Positions 48,601 to 61,960 of a stretch of 64,000 nt of DNA are shown one piece after another (the stretch's first letter is position 1; every line of letters starts with the position of its first letter). The stretch is from Ancylonema sp. Lineage: Eukaryota. Both the position numbers and the translations under genes were made by a program. The stretch lies in the NCBI GenBank assembly GCA_050230475.1, contig JBFLGF010000067.1, forward strand, positions 1-64,000. Reading direction: 5' to 3'. The notes beneath the pieces were generated by a model. It saw nothing but the letters and a program-made list of their open reading frames with translations. It had not been told where the DNA came from and searched no databases.

Positions 48601-51157
48601 GTGGCGCAGACCATCAGCGTGCTCCGCTCCGCCGGGATCCATATGTGGGTGCTCACGGGAGACAAAGCCGAGACGGCCGTTGCCATCGCCTTCTCCTCCC
48701 ACCTTCTCACGCGCAGCATGCAGCAGGTCATCATCGGGGGGGGGACCAGGGAGGAGGTGGTCTCTGCGTTGAGCAACGCCCGCCTGGCCTACGGAGCCCC
48801 CAAAGAGAAGAGCAGGAAGAGGCGGCGCTGGCGACAGGTGTGGGAGTACGTTTGGGGGAAGGGGGGGGGGGCTGGGAGGGGTGTCAGTGGCGGCTGGGGC
48901 AGAGGAGGACACGGGGAGGATGGGGGGGAGAAGCAACGGCGCTCTGGGTGGATTCGAGGGGTTGCCTAAAGAGACTGCACCCTCTCCCCCCCCCCTCGCT
49001 CTCATCATAGATGGCGGGGCGTTGCTGCATGCCTTGGAACCGGAGTTGGAGGACGAGGTGAGCTGAGATGTTGAGATGTTGAGATGAGGGGATGAGGGGA
49101 TGAGGGGATGAGGGGATGAGGGGATGAGGGGATGAGGGGATGTTGAGATGAGGGGATGAGGGGATGAGGGGATGAGGGGATGAGGGGATGAGGGGATGCA
49201 GATGCAGCCACCGACTCACCTGCCCTACCCTGTTGTTTTCTCCTGGTCGGGTCCAGCTGTTCGAGCTGACCCGAGCCTGTCAGGTGGTCCTCTGTTGCCG
49301 AGTGGCCCCCATCCAGAAGGCGGCCGTGGTCTCGCTGGTGAAGCGCAAGTCGAAGGACCTCTGCCTCGCCATCGGGGACGGTGAGTCGCGTGCCGGACAC
49401 CTGGCAGCTCCCCACTGTCTGTGTAATGTTGCACCCAATAATCCGGATCTAACGATACTTAGTTTTGATGGGGCTAGGAACAATCGGTGCTTCAATGCAG
49501 CACAATTTGGTCCCATGAGAGGTAAAGAAACATAAAAGTCAGTGCAATGACAACTAACCCGTTTCGTATCTCCTCCTTATCGGCCGGCCTTTGTCTACTG
49601 GTTCCCCCCCCCCCCCCCTTCAGGAGCCAATGACGTGTCGATGATTCAGATGGCGGACATTGGGGTGGGGATCAGCGGGCAGGAGGGGCGGCAGGCGGTG
49701 ATGGCCTCCGATTTCGCCATCGCTCAGTTCCAGTTCCTGAAGCGCCTCCTGTTGGTGCACGGGCACTGGAACTACACGCGCCTCTCCTACATGGTGCTCT
49801 ACAACTTCTACCGCAACGCAGTGTTCATCTTCCTGCTCTTCTGGTGAGGCTGGAGGGGAAAGGAAAGGGGATAGGAGTGAGGGTGGGTGAAATGGGAGAA
49901 GTGAAAGAAAGAAGGGAAGGGAAGAAGTGAGAGGCAGGAAGAAGAAAGAAGAAAGAAGCAAATTGGGAGAAGCAAATGCTAGTTGCAGAAAGCAGCAAAG
50001 AGGAAGCAAAAGTCGAAAGCAAAAGGCGGAAATCAGAGATCAGAAAGGACAAGGGGAGGGGGGGGGGGGAGCGTAAAGTACGTGGTCCAAAACCGCCTAC
50101 ATGGACTGATTGCGGATGTGCGTGTTGCCAGGTACCTATTCTACGCCGCTTGGACCCCCCAGTCCGGCATCGGTGATTGGAGTCTCGTTTTCTTCTCTCT
50201 CTGCTACACCTCTGTACCAACCATCGCCATCGGGATATTGGAACAAAACCTCGCCAGCTCCACCCTCCTCCGCCTCCCCGCCCTGTATGCGGTGGGGCAG
50301 CGTTCCGAGGCGTACAACACGGGGCAGTTCTGGGTGATGATGGCGGACATGGTGTGGCAAAGTTTGGTCATCTTTTATGTTCCATTGTGGTCGTGCGGGT
50401 GGGAGGGGAACATGTACGGAGTAGGGCAGGTTTGGATTTTCGGGGTGGTCGTCGTCGGTTGTTTGCATTTGGCGATGGATGTGCGCCATTGGACGTGGAT
50501 TCACCACGTCACCAGTTGGTGTTCCATTCTGCTCACGTACGTCGTGCTCCTCGTTCTGGATCTCGACGCGTCTTCGCCGGATTTCGGGTAAGCGTGGCGA
50601 TGGGCATTGGGTTATAGGGTTTGATGCGCGGGGCCACTTGGTGTCTAACGCTCAGTGTTAGAGCGAGCGCAAACATGGGACGTGCTCTGGGTGATGAAGG
50701 CTTGTTGAGGTTTTGGTGTCCTTTTGTTGAGGGTTTGAGATCGCTCTCTTGTGTAAAGGAGGAGTGGGTGATGGCGTGACGTTTGTGTTTGAACACCACC
50801 CTCAAAATGTGTTTGGAGGGTAGCATAGTTTGTTGCATTCTCATCGTTTTCGACAAGCGTGAGGCAGATATGATTTTATTTGTGTCGTCCGCTCACGACA
50901 CCCCTCGCACTTCCAGATCTCTACGAAATACGGCGAGCAAAGCGTTCTATTGGTTGGATCTCGTCCTCATTGTTGTTGCGGCCCTTGGTCCTCGTTTTGT
51001 GGCCAAGTACGTGTACCAATGCTTCTTCCCGTCCAACATTCAAATAGCATATGAGGCGCAACAGCGCGGGCGCCTCTCTAGTATGGGAGAGCGACCAATG
51101 GAAATGTCGGAAGTGGAGACAATCCTCTCGAGTCCAAGCGCCCCTCGAGCTTTTTGA
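45621..51157 (+). CDS. P4-type ATPase phospholipid flippase, ALA1-like
   Basis: Exons 45621-47355, 47577-47947, 48147-49057, 49257-49380, 49624-49843, 50132-50587 and 50917-51157. Motifs [32 protein letters not shown] and GDGANDV. Two apparent frameshifts in poly-G runs (~47813-47828, 48861-48871). Confidence 0.95.
49066..49197 (+). repeat. (GATGAGGG)n tandem repeat in a flippase intron
   Basis: Directly visible 8-mer array interspersed with GATGTTGA units. Confidence 0.97.
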
Positions 51158-52509
51158 GGGCCCTTTTGGCGGTGGAGCGTTTGTTCATGAGTTCCGTCAC
51201 GCCTCTTTTCGACACAAAAGCAATGGACTCCAACAATTCGTCGTTATATTGTTGTTGCACTTGAATGTATAGATGTCCCGATCAATTATTAGGGTATTTG
51301 TGGCATCTGAATGGATGCCACTCGTTTCCTTTTCCACGAGCCTTGACTATCCTAGGTGCGTTTGAAGTGTGTTGGGAGTGTAATGATAGAGGTTACGAGT
51401 GTTGGGATTGTGTACAAAGTTTTTTTCAGATTTTTTGAGAGTAGTGATACTAGCTTCACCGAGGTGGGCAATTTTTTATTATTTGAGTCGAAGGAGATTG
51501 AGATGCAGCTTGTGGAGATTTGGAAGAAGAGTATGCTACTCAATGTGCTACTCGGTGCTACTCAATTTAGGTGTTTCCGAATGATGCAATGTTTCGAGTT
51601 GTGCGTAAATTCGAATGTGCTCACACCAAACGTGATCTGAAAAGAGAAAAATAATTGAAGTCTTTCTCATTGAGGGAGCTCACTTCCAATTATTTGAAAA
51701 TAACAGAAATGGAGCTTAGTTGCCTCTCAGCCAGAAGTGGGTTTACATGGTATGTAATTCGTACACGTTTTTTCAAACGGTTTTTTCTTGTTGTTTTTTC
51801 TGAACGTGTTTAATACCCAAACCGTTTGGCGGGAGTTTGGAAATTTTCCCGAGAAGCTTTCCGATCAGTAATTTTGTGTTGGAATTTACTACATAGGTTC
51901 AATCCATATGTAGTGTTTTAAATGAATTCTAGGTGGCGCTATCCTCCCCACTCACCATGCGAGTTGTGTGATACACATAAAATGTCAAGAAATGGATGTT
52001 GGTAATTTCCATTGCTTGGCGCAACCAAAGTTTGGGCTTTCACTACACGTCATTTTAAAATTTCAAAACGGTTTCGGAAACATAACATTTTGGCGGACGT
52101 TTATAAAAATTTATGGATGTCCGCTTCCAATCCATGGTTCTGTTTATGTGTGTGCTATGTATACTCCCTCGGCTTGTTGCACCGTGCCCCTTCCCTAGGT
52201 GCATCCCTCCCACCCCCCCGTACTATGCAGCCTGACACTATATTGTGCTTCCTTTCCTCCTAGCCTTCTAGCCCCATCAACTCATACCAAGCAATATAGT
52301 TATAGTTGTAAGCGAAGGTTTTCACCCGAGCCTCCGGAAGCGGGTCACCACGCAATGATGACGTTTTTAGCGGAATGCGGCTTGTCAGAGACTCCCATCT
52401 GGACGTCTCGTGCATTCATAAATTCTCCTAGCTCATCCAATAAATATTGCGATCGAGCATACGCTGACGGCATTAAAGTAAAGGCTCTTGTCATGAAGTT
52501 AATGTCGAT

Positions 52510-52610
52510 CCATATATGATCCTGTGCATATATGGTAGTTGCGCCGCCGGTTGCAATCAAGAACCGGTGCAGGCGATAGTGGCACAAGTTGTTTCGCGAT
52601 ATAGCGGGTT
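52510..52610 (-). repeat. Dispersed structured repeat, copy 3
   Basis: Reverse complement matches the copies at 17731 and 44541. Confidence 0.85.
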
Positions 52611-55256
52611 TGCTGATGTCACAGGGAATTACGGGAATCCCGGCTCTGATATGGTCATATTGTCGGGTTCTTCCTAGGGTTTAAATTAACGGGTTCATAA
52701 TTATTTAGTTGGGTAAGTTTGGGTAAGTTTGGGATTCGTAGGCGGTGGTGCATAATGTCGCCTGCGCGCGCACCTGTCAGTAACGTACAGTCGATGTACA
52801 ATACGGGCAATAGTCATGATTGCGTGAGGTAGCAATATGTGGTTGCGTTTGTCATAAGCGTGCGGAATACTTGGACGAGAAGTATTCGTGCGATCCCTAG
52901 ACGACAGATTTGGCCGTAGCCGTAGCGCAGCTAAAATTACCTCAAATGACCTCTCTGTAACACACGGATTTTTATCGTTTCAGAGTGTGCCCCGGCGGTT
53001 TTCAACCCTTTAATTGCATTCCCTGTGCATTGTTGTTGCGTTGTCTTCATCCTCGCTGGTACTTGCATTCTGTCTCTGACTGCGATTGTAACGAGTTGCG
53101 GATCGATTGGTTTGTCGGTCGCAAGAGCTTGCGGTAGAGTACAGCGCATTCGCATATTTTGCAGTTTCGAACACTCACGTTCAGATCCCAGGCGATACCT
53201 TACCTCGCGTAAATCTAAGTCACAATCATTTTTCACATGGTGTAGGAGATGTGTACAAATTGTGCGCCTGCACTCAATGGTGTAGATGATGGGGAGAGAT
53301 GCATTTCGACAAATGGTTTGGGTATGCATGTGTAGAGTGCACTAAGTCACACGTGCGAGCTGGAACATGTGCGGTTGCGGTCGTTATTAGGCGTTGTCGC
53401 ACGTGTGGGTAGACACGTGTCGATATGTTCGTTAGTGCGGTGGCATTATACGTGTGAGAGTAGACAATGCTACATGGCACGAAGAATCGTGTTTTGTATA
53501 ACGACATACAACGTGTTTCCAAACGTTTTACCCCACTTTTGTAATGTATTGTCAACAATTGAGCCAGCAATGTGAATTGAGTTTTGTGTGTCACTTGAAA
53601 AGTAACTCTAGGCGTTCTGCTCTCCCATAAAATAACGTTACACAAACCAACAATGTAAGTATTCACGTCTCCAGCAAGCCCGGCAGAGTAATAATTACAC
53701 ACCGATTCACACGCATTCAGAAGGTAAATTCAGAGTGACTAACGGGGGTAAAATCACTTTGCACGGAGCTCAATACGGACTCAACTGAGTCCGAATGAGC
53801 TTGGTCAACGAACGTATACTTCACGCGAAGGTGTTTTAAAGTGTTTTCCCGGTACTAGACGACAAGATAGTGTTCTGACTAAACAATGTGCGCTGCGGCC
53901 AAACATCTGGGAACTGGGGTGAGAAACCAATCGTCACACCCCAATCGTCACTTTGCGAATCGTCAAATGTCGGTTGTTGCCACTATGTTCATTACGTGTC
54001 CTAATTCTAGCGACTTTAGATTTACCAAACGTCAAATGTCGGTCGTTCGCCGTTTTTTTGCCGTTTTCACTGCTAGCGTGTCACGTTTCTAGTTTAACCA
54101 AGATCTTTCGTATTCTAGTTTTACTGGCGTTCGTGACGTGGATTATAAATCATGTGTACTCGTCAGATCTAATATCAGTATTAAAGGTTATGTTTGTCGT
54201 ACGTTAACGTAAACGACTCTACGCTACCGATCTTGTACGGCGGTGGTCTGACAACGACATTAAGCATGGGACGATGTGTGGAACGGCTTGTGCTACAAGA
54301 GTCGTCAACTGAAAGAGTGTTTATTCATAAGCGAATTCTCGAAGGACTTCGTGAAGGAGAAATCGGGTTATGTAACATACAAGATGCGGTCATCTTGTGC
54401 TTGTATTGTCAAGTAGAATGTGACATGTTCGCTTAGGGTCGACAAGATTGCTCACTAGAGACGCAGGGTTTAGAGTACAAATTCATGTGAGTAAGAGAAC
54501 TTCATGGTATGGAGGCCAGCATAGTGGAAGCGACGATTAGGAAGACCATACGGCGTAAATTTCAGAGCCACATTTTTTTTGGGTGAAAACATAGTGTTGG
54601 GAAAGGATGTCGCAAAGTTTTTTTAAAATGGTGCGGGTGGATTACATATGAAACTCAGTTCTCTATTTGAGTTGAGTAGATGAGGATAAATGTCTTGTGA
54701 GAAGATTACTTGGTTGAACCTTTCTTCAATGCGAATCCAACATGCGTGACTTTTTTTATCGCATTTCAGGGGAAGTTTGGTCGTTCATTCACATTTGATA
54801 CTACCTCTCTCTTGGTTACTATTGGAATGTGCGCTGCTTTTAATCTATTCTTTGAATTTAGTATAGATGTATCTTTCATGGGATAGGATCGGTCCGAATA
54901 AATCTTGCACATGCTTGGATGGCTGAGCCAAGCATTGTGAAGGAGGACATAATAATGGCTTGCCACTTTCTTTCGATTGTGTATCACAATGCGTACAAAC
55001 TCAAGCTGTTGTCATTGATAACAACAACAACAATGTTCAACTTGTGGTCATACGTATCTGCGATTTCTTTTACAATTGCCGATACGAGTACAAACAGAGG
55101 GCCTTCTTCAAGTTGACTACTTGACTCCAACAAATCCACTACACCTGATTTTCTAGTAGGTCCTAGTTATTGTGAGGAATGGATTCCCACCAACTTCTGA
55201 AGGGTAACAAACTTATATATTCAACAGGTGGTAGTGATTTCAGTTGCACCTCCAGC

Positions 55257-56500
55257 TCAAGGCGGCAAATATAGCCGAAAGGAATCCCATGCAACAGAAA
55301 ACCAAGGCAAATTCTTGTTGAAGTGCTCCTGCACACAACAGCACACAAGCCTCAGCAACGAGCTACACATCATCTTACGCATGTATAAAACATGCTTTAA
55401 GGAAGAAATTCCCTATGAAAAGGAGTGGAAAACCTTAAACCATTGAATGACCTACTCCTCATTGCCCATGTGGGTTGCATGAGATAACAACTCACAACCA
55501 GGAGCGTGTCTGCTCACCGCTTCATAGCCTTCTCCTTGCAAGGCCCAGTCCTTATTGAACGTGTGAATACGCCGAGTTTCACCAGAGCGTCCCCTAGCCA
55601 ATGCTGAGCTGCCCTCCGAACTGGTGTAGGATTTTACCAAGGGAAAGCTATTGTGCGTCCATGCTAAGATGGAGCCCTTGAGATTATAGCTGTCAAATCC
55701 TTGCTTCCTCAACCAATCAGCGTACCTCCCGCTGCGATATCCGACAGTACTGCAACCTCCTCATCCAACAGAGATTGTCTGAGCGATGAGACTACTCTCT
55801 AAAACATCCGACTGCCAGAAATCCATATTCCTTGCTCCAGATTCACAAGAGTGAGCGAGAGTGAGAGATAGCCTGCAGCGTTACCAATAGCAGACGACTT
55901 TGAAGTCTCTGAACTCATCCCGCCTCCTTTCGAAATCAGCTGCTCGCAAAGTACCCCATGGAATCATGGACACCTCCTGCTCTGCTTGTTGCCTTGTGTC
56001 CACGACAACTAAGTGCTGCTCTTGACTTTGGGCCCTTCCTTCAGAGGTCAGCAGGTTATAAAGCTCTGTGACCTCCATGTTAGGTACCTTCCAAAAGTGA
56101 GAAACGGTAACACTATCAACAACAGAAAATCCGAGAATTTGATATGTGCTTCATGTATGGCTAGCAGCTGGTATTATGAGTGCAATTCTCTTTCACAAAA
56201 TTCACCTTCATTCAGTGCTAGACTTTCTTCATTTCCAATATGTCTTCCGATGTATCAGCGAGCTGATAAGAGTATGACACTTGAGAATAAGAGAGTGAAT
56301 TCTTGACTTGATGGTGCGACCTAAATTTCCACCTTGCTTCTCCCCATGCACTGACGTGGTTTCAGAGAAGCTGAGATCAGCAGTTGGTGGATTCGTACCT
56401 CAGGAAAGCCAGTCGTGTGCATATTCTTGTATTTAACATCGATCGCCTCTCGTCTTCGTTGATACATGTCATTGCATTTCTCCGTACAGTCGCTCATCAT
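55257..56500 (-). CDS. Single-domain rhodanese-like protein
   Basis: Exons 56500-56399, 56087-55885, 55749-55518 and 55328-55257. Motifs VVDTR..EQEVSMIP, active loop VCYCTVGYRSG (Cys codon split by an intron) and NLKGSILAW. Start codon uncertain. Confidence 0.88.
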
Positions 56501-57015
56501 GGATTACGAAGCTGTTCCCCTTTCCCGATTCAACTTGTCGACCTGATGCCGTCGTTTGTAATGCGCTGATGAGCCTGCACTTCCTGGACGTGGTCTATAT
56601 GCAACCACTACTGGCGATGTTGAAAGCTCCGGCGCAGAAGTGGAATATACCAGTAGTATGAAAGCACGGCAAACCAAACCCTTCAATCCGGTAACAACAC
56701 CATTATAATTATACCACCCTTCAATAGACTGAACCAAATCAGTAACGAATTTCCCTTTTCTCTGTCGCGACAATATTCCCGTAGCTCAAGATGATGTTCA
56801 AATGTGTGGTTAGCGAAGGGACAGAAGTAGAGGTAGCAGGCGAGGTGTGGCTGTCCTGTAGTGAGCATTGACCATAAGGCGATATCCTTTTTGTGTTAGA
56901 AATTATGGGGGTGATTGCGGGAGCAAGTTCTTGGAGGTTTCCTGGTAGGAGGGAGAGGCAAAGAGACGGCCGGCTGTATTATGAATCGACGAACCGGCAA
57001 AAAGGCCTGCATGTC

Positions 57016-57115
57016 CATGTGCCTATAACGCGATGTCCAATTTACAGATATGGCCACATTATAGGCATATATTTCCCGTGTACCAAAGGTATGCCTATAA
57101 CGTGTATTTACTGTA
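57016..57115. mobile_element. MITE-like end related to 23428-23584
   Basis: TGCCTATAACG twice plus inverted TTATAGGCA; terminus TATTTACTG-TA. Confidence 0.5.
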
Positions 57116-57493
57116 TCTTGGCTATAATTAGCCGGCCTGTCGGTGTGGCACCCTCCCTATCCGTTGCACGTGGACAAAAATTGCTTCCCGCCCGAACAGC
57201 TTCGAAACGTGAACCCTGTTGTGGGGTTTAACAAGGCTCACCTCACCCCATTGACTACGCGAAGCCCAGGGAGTGTAATCAAGGGGATAGGAAGTCGACG
57301 AAGTCATCGTCCTTCTTAGAATCTGCTGCGAAAAGTGGGCTCAGGAAGGAAAAATTGGCGAAGTACAAATGTTGGAATCCATTCTGGACATAGGAGGCAT
57401 GAATTTATTAGTGGCATAGGTCGTGTCTCCGATATTGGAAGACAGTTGACCGCACACCGCACAAACTGCAATAAAAAGTGAATAATAAAAGCA

Positions 57494-58121
57494 ATGTCTA
57501 CGAGAAATGTGTCGAGGATATGCAGGCCTGTATTTAATACAGTTTCCCACATTCAGCAGGCGAAGGGGTCTTTTTCGCCCCTGCGAGGGAGTTCGTTTAC
57601 CACAGCTGATGCCTCTGGCAACTCCTTCGTCGCTTCTGTGATCCTCGAGCGCCTTCCAGTAGTTTTGCCTGAGCTACCCGCATGGGAGGAAGAGTACATG
57701 AGATTCAGGTGCATTTCTACGTGTTTGACCCTATTAGAGGTTGCCTATGCATTGAAGTCCATCATCATCGCTCCAAAGTGGGAATCGTCCGTACTGCCCG
57801 TACTAACAAGGCCATCCATGTCTGGGCATGCTCACTGACCCTGAAATGGCAGCCCCTTGCAGTTTCGAGCGACAACAACTATATCGGAAGGAGTATCCAG
57901 CAGAGATGGTCAGCATGTCTTCGACCGCAAGCAGGTACGATTGCCTTTTACCTTCTGCAGCATTGACAGCATTCTGAAAATTTTAACATCCTCAATTCTC
58001 AATTCTCAAGCACACTCATTTGCGCGGTGTCACTTCACTTTTCCTGCAGTGAAGGGGAGGGTGACATCGTTTTTGAGCCTGCTTCGAGGGTTACGGAAGC
58101 AGATCGCACCAACGATATCAA
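57494..58121 (+). CDS. MRPL46: Mitochondrial ribosomal protein mL46, first three exons (rest lost at gap 58186)
   Basis: Exons 57494-57708, 57863-57934 and 58050-58121. Presequence-like N-terminus. Motifs ASVILERLPVV, QQLYRKEYP and PASRVTEADRTND. Confidence 0.87.
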
Positions 58122-58186
58122 GTAACCTTCTTTCTCCTCCCTAAGACACCCATCAGACAGGGGTCCATCACTGCCCTATGCAACTN

Positions 58187-59190
58187 ACAGTTGGTGAGGG
58201 CTTGGGTACAGTCCGGGAGAGGAGATTGCACTATGGGGATACAGTGATGCAAGCTACGGGAGTGATGAGGAGACTAAGAAGGGGAGGTCTGGGTCTGTTT
58301 TCATGAGTGGTGGGGCAGCTGTAAGCTGGGGGAGCAAACTTCAGGAGGTAGTGGCTCTGAGTAGCACGGAGGCAGTATACATGGCAATCTGTCATGCAGG
58401 AGGGGCTCTATTTGAGCTAAGGATGTTGCAGCAAGAGATGGGGGTTGATCTAGAGGAGAGGGCGACAACGCTACTGGACGATAATCAATCGTCGATCAAG
58501 TCAACGAAGAATCCAGTGTTTCACAAAAAGAGTACGCATCTTGCGATTCGCTTTCACTTTGTTAGAGAAAAGGTTGACAAAGGGGAAATGGAGTTAAAGT
58601 TGATTAGAACTCTAGCTATGGTAGTTGATCAGATGACCAAGCATGTAGGGGTGAAGGTGTTGGAGATTGGTAAGGAGTTGATGAGGATGACTAGTGGTTA
58701 GAGAGAGAATAGCCGAAAGTTAGAAAAGGGGATTGTAGGACTTAGCAAAAATTTGGCTCACTACTTCATCCGGAATGTGGAGAGGCTAGTCCGGACGAAA
58801 CTTACCATAGCAGCTATTAGTTGTGGTGACTTATGTTCGTAAGTTTTCTAAGCCGGAACTAACAGTTAGTCCGGCCGTAGGCAGGGATGAGTACGCACAC
58901 GGTTGCACGTATTTGAACATTGTCAGAACTTTACCGAACTCTGATTGGACGGTTTGGCTTGCGGCTGGGAGCAAGGATTTCTTGATGTTGCAATTAGTTG
59001 ACGGCAACAGATTGGCCAATACAGTTGCGAGTACCTTTCAGTGCATGTTTAGCGGCTAGCAAGCATCTAAATGTTACGTGGATGCTTGCTGATTTTGTTC
59101 GGTTCATTTGGACTGAAAATTGTGCGATCGGAATTCGTCTAAGGTCTGAGTTTCGGACCTCGGCAAACCTAATTGATTAAACTTGCAATC
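58187..59190 (+). mobile_element. Copia RNase H, PPT and probable 3' LTR
   Basis: SWGSKLQEVVALSSTEA, DDNQS, NPVFH. Purine tract followed by TG at 58734. LTR right end uncertain. Confidence 0.85.
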
Positions 59191-59194
59191 AATG

Positions 59195-59800
59195 GCGCAC
59201 CAATCTACTATGTGTATGGACAGTGTATGGGCACTAGTTTGAATCACGAGTAGTGAGTTCACCAATGGCATTGCTACTTCATCAAAGCGATCGGTTGACT
59301 TTAGCAGGGACTCGCATGACTGTGGCTTGAACGCCTTCAAGTCTTCCAAGTAGAGTGTTGACGCTGGCTGGAAGATGTTTTTTATGATGGCGAGAAACTC
59401 ATCCAACTCGGACGGCTCCTCGACAAGATCTTAAAGCGCATTTGGTCTCATAGGTGCTTTTGGATTCCAGTTGCAACGTGGATTTGGCGTCAGTCGAAGA
59501 TGGCTTTCCGCATGTAGAATGCTCTCCACACATTTCTGCTCGCTTCACGAGTAATGGTGTCCTCATAGTCTGAGTTGTCTTCAATATTGTGATCCCACTT
59601 ATCGAGGAAATTAGCGAGGACGCGTCTAGCTTGGCCACCTAGCTTCATACGAAGTCTTCCAAGTGGTCATACTGCGTCACATCATGCGGAAGGTGCCGAT
59701 TGTGGTCCGCTTCCGTCCAATTCTGGCGTACTTCATGAAAATGTGCCATTGCCGGTGTACTTTTTGTCGAGTGCCGTTGCCATTGAATTTTTCTATTGGT
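59195..59800 (-). pseudogene. Decayed gag-like ORF remnant of an unclassified retroelement
   Basis: DEFLAIIKNIFQP...LKAFKPQSCESLLKSTDRF resembles the capsid 'L..Q...ES...Y..RF' pattern. Interrupted by stops. Confidence 0.4.
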
Positions 59801-61960
59801 GTTTTTGAGTGATTCGGTCATAGTGAGTCAACCCACAGGCAAGGCAGTGCCAAGGACGTAACGCGTCCAGAGCGTTAAGATTGTTGCAAAGGTTGTTGTT
59901 TTACTATATCGATTCTGAATGCAGATCACAAATTCAAATGCGCACTCCAATGAAATACAGAATGCACATGCACATGCGAGCCGAACACATTCAATGCACC
60001 GACAATTACCGAATATTGCCAATGCAAAATGTTAGCATGCTCCCGAGGTGCACTCTGATCGAATGAGGCCAGAGTGCAAAGATTACAAATTGTGTAGTTC
60101 CTAGCTGCAACATAATTTAAGATTGATGCGGTGCCCACAATCCGACCTATATGCTAGCATAGTCATTCTTCACCTGACGACACGAACGCAGGCTCCGTCG
60201 TTATCTAAAACGTACCATGAGCTCCCAATGGCACCACTCGCCTCATTGTCAAGCGTGTGTCCTCTACGAACAATTGTCAGTGATGCGCAAATGGTGACAC
60301 GGGAACCTACCAACATTAGTGTCTTCCGGACATTGCGCCGAGTTTGGCGGGGCAATCATGACTCTCCCATATTACAATAAATAAATTTTTATATCGCGAA
60401 ACGAAACACCTCGATAAATGCTTGCAACCACGCATGTTTCAAACCATCGTATGAGCACATAATCGTATATTGTCCGACATGGCCATAGCATACACACACG
60501 TGCCCGCGTCAAACCACCGTATAGGCACGCGATCATACATTGTCCGGCACTTCGTTATATTGCCTACTCCAACGCATCATCTTCGTAGATCAACTTCTTC
60601 GTAGAGTGATAGCCAAGTCACAAAAAGTGATTGCGAAACATTCGGGATGTGCCTATTCAGTGAAGTGACAACGACCATAAAAATGGCCGAATTTGGGCTC
60701 ACGATCACTTTTTACGTCCGAAACGTTGGTAAAACTTGATCCACATATTGTAATATTGTCGGGTGCGAAACCGAGAAGTGATGTGCCATAAACTCTGCTC
60801 TAAGAATAAAATATTCCCGCCACGGTATCACAGCGTCTCCCACCTGAGCCTGTTACGCGAGCAAGGCGTCTGCTACGCCAGCATGTTTGTCCTGCAGCCC
60901 CACCTAGCAAGCCACGACAGAACATCACCGTCTCTCCCCTCACATTATGCCAACCGTCCCCTTGCCTCAACTTTGCAAGCGCATCTCAGACAAAGCTTGA
61001 GTTGCGTTCAGGTATAGTTCGCACCAACGACACCGTTACTTTATCGACGCTGGGAGGTCTATGCGCAACTTTCCCTTCCCAACTCTCGTCCAAAAAATAT
61101 GTATTTATTGCCGGCATTTTCTTACTTTGTACAGTACATAATACATATTTTGTTTAGTATATAATATATCCAATAATAGATGTGACACGACGAAGTTTGC
61201 GAATTAGTTAAACACGACTGGATGCTTACACGGGTGGCCACAAATATTTCAATGTTTCACTCACAGCTGGCGAAAGTTTTGTGGGTTTCGGGGCCTGCAT
61301 TTTTGTGTGCTTAACCTTCACCTCAACCTCAACATTTTGACAAAATGCAATGATTTCTGTCATTTGCGGATTTCGAGTCTGTAAAGTTAAGCATTGGTAG
61401 TCAGAATTTTCACTGGGAGCTCTAGTCGTGGCTGAACACAATAATTTTGACCATCGTACTCATCCCTTCACTCGAGTACAGTTTCTTAGAAGGTGGACCC
61501 TAGTCTTCGGCTTACCGACCTGACCAGTACGCCGATCATGCGTAATGGCCCTTGCAAACGCAGGTTCCGGACTGCAAATGGGAGAAGAGAAAGCTCCGAG
61601 GTGCGGCCCGAAGGGTTCGGTCAGGCAAAATAAAATGTCCCGCAGCATTTTGGGGTGGAGGGAGTCGGAACGACCGCCAGCTGGCACCTTCAGATTCAGA
61701 CAGGAGAGGTGATGAGCGGGCATCTGCCTCACGTAGACTTGGTACTTGTTGGGATGAGAGTCATATGAGTGAGTGCATTGCAAGCAGTCGGATGGTACCC
61801 AGACTAGAGACTAGAGACTAGAGACTATGAGCCTCCAGCCTCCAGCTGGCAGGGTGATCAGATCTGTTGACAGATGGCAGTCTGTGGGGTCCCATGTGGT
61901 TCAGGGGACATGATGACGTCATTGGAGTTGGGTCATGACCCTCCCCCTCCCCGGGGCGAG

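Noticed and set aside
47813..48871. Pseudogenisation or programmed frameshifting of the flippase
   Set aside because: Both shifts fall in long poly-G runs in variable loops and all catalytic motifs are intact. Homopolymer sequencing error is more likely.
45960..49008. Long antisense ORFs over the flippase
   Set aside because: Expected shadow frames of GC-rich coding sequence, with no recognisable domains.
51354..51638. Tourist-like MITE
   Set aside because: The putative terminal inverted repeats share only CGTTTG and there is no clear TSD.
12616..58186. Biological meaning of adjacencies across the N positions (e.g. mL46 next to Copia RNase H)
   Set aside because: Single N bases mark scaffold joins of unknown length.
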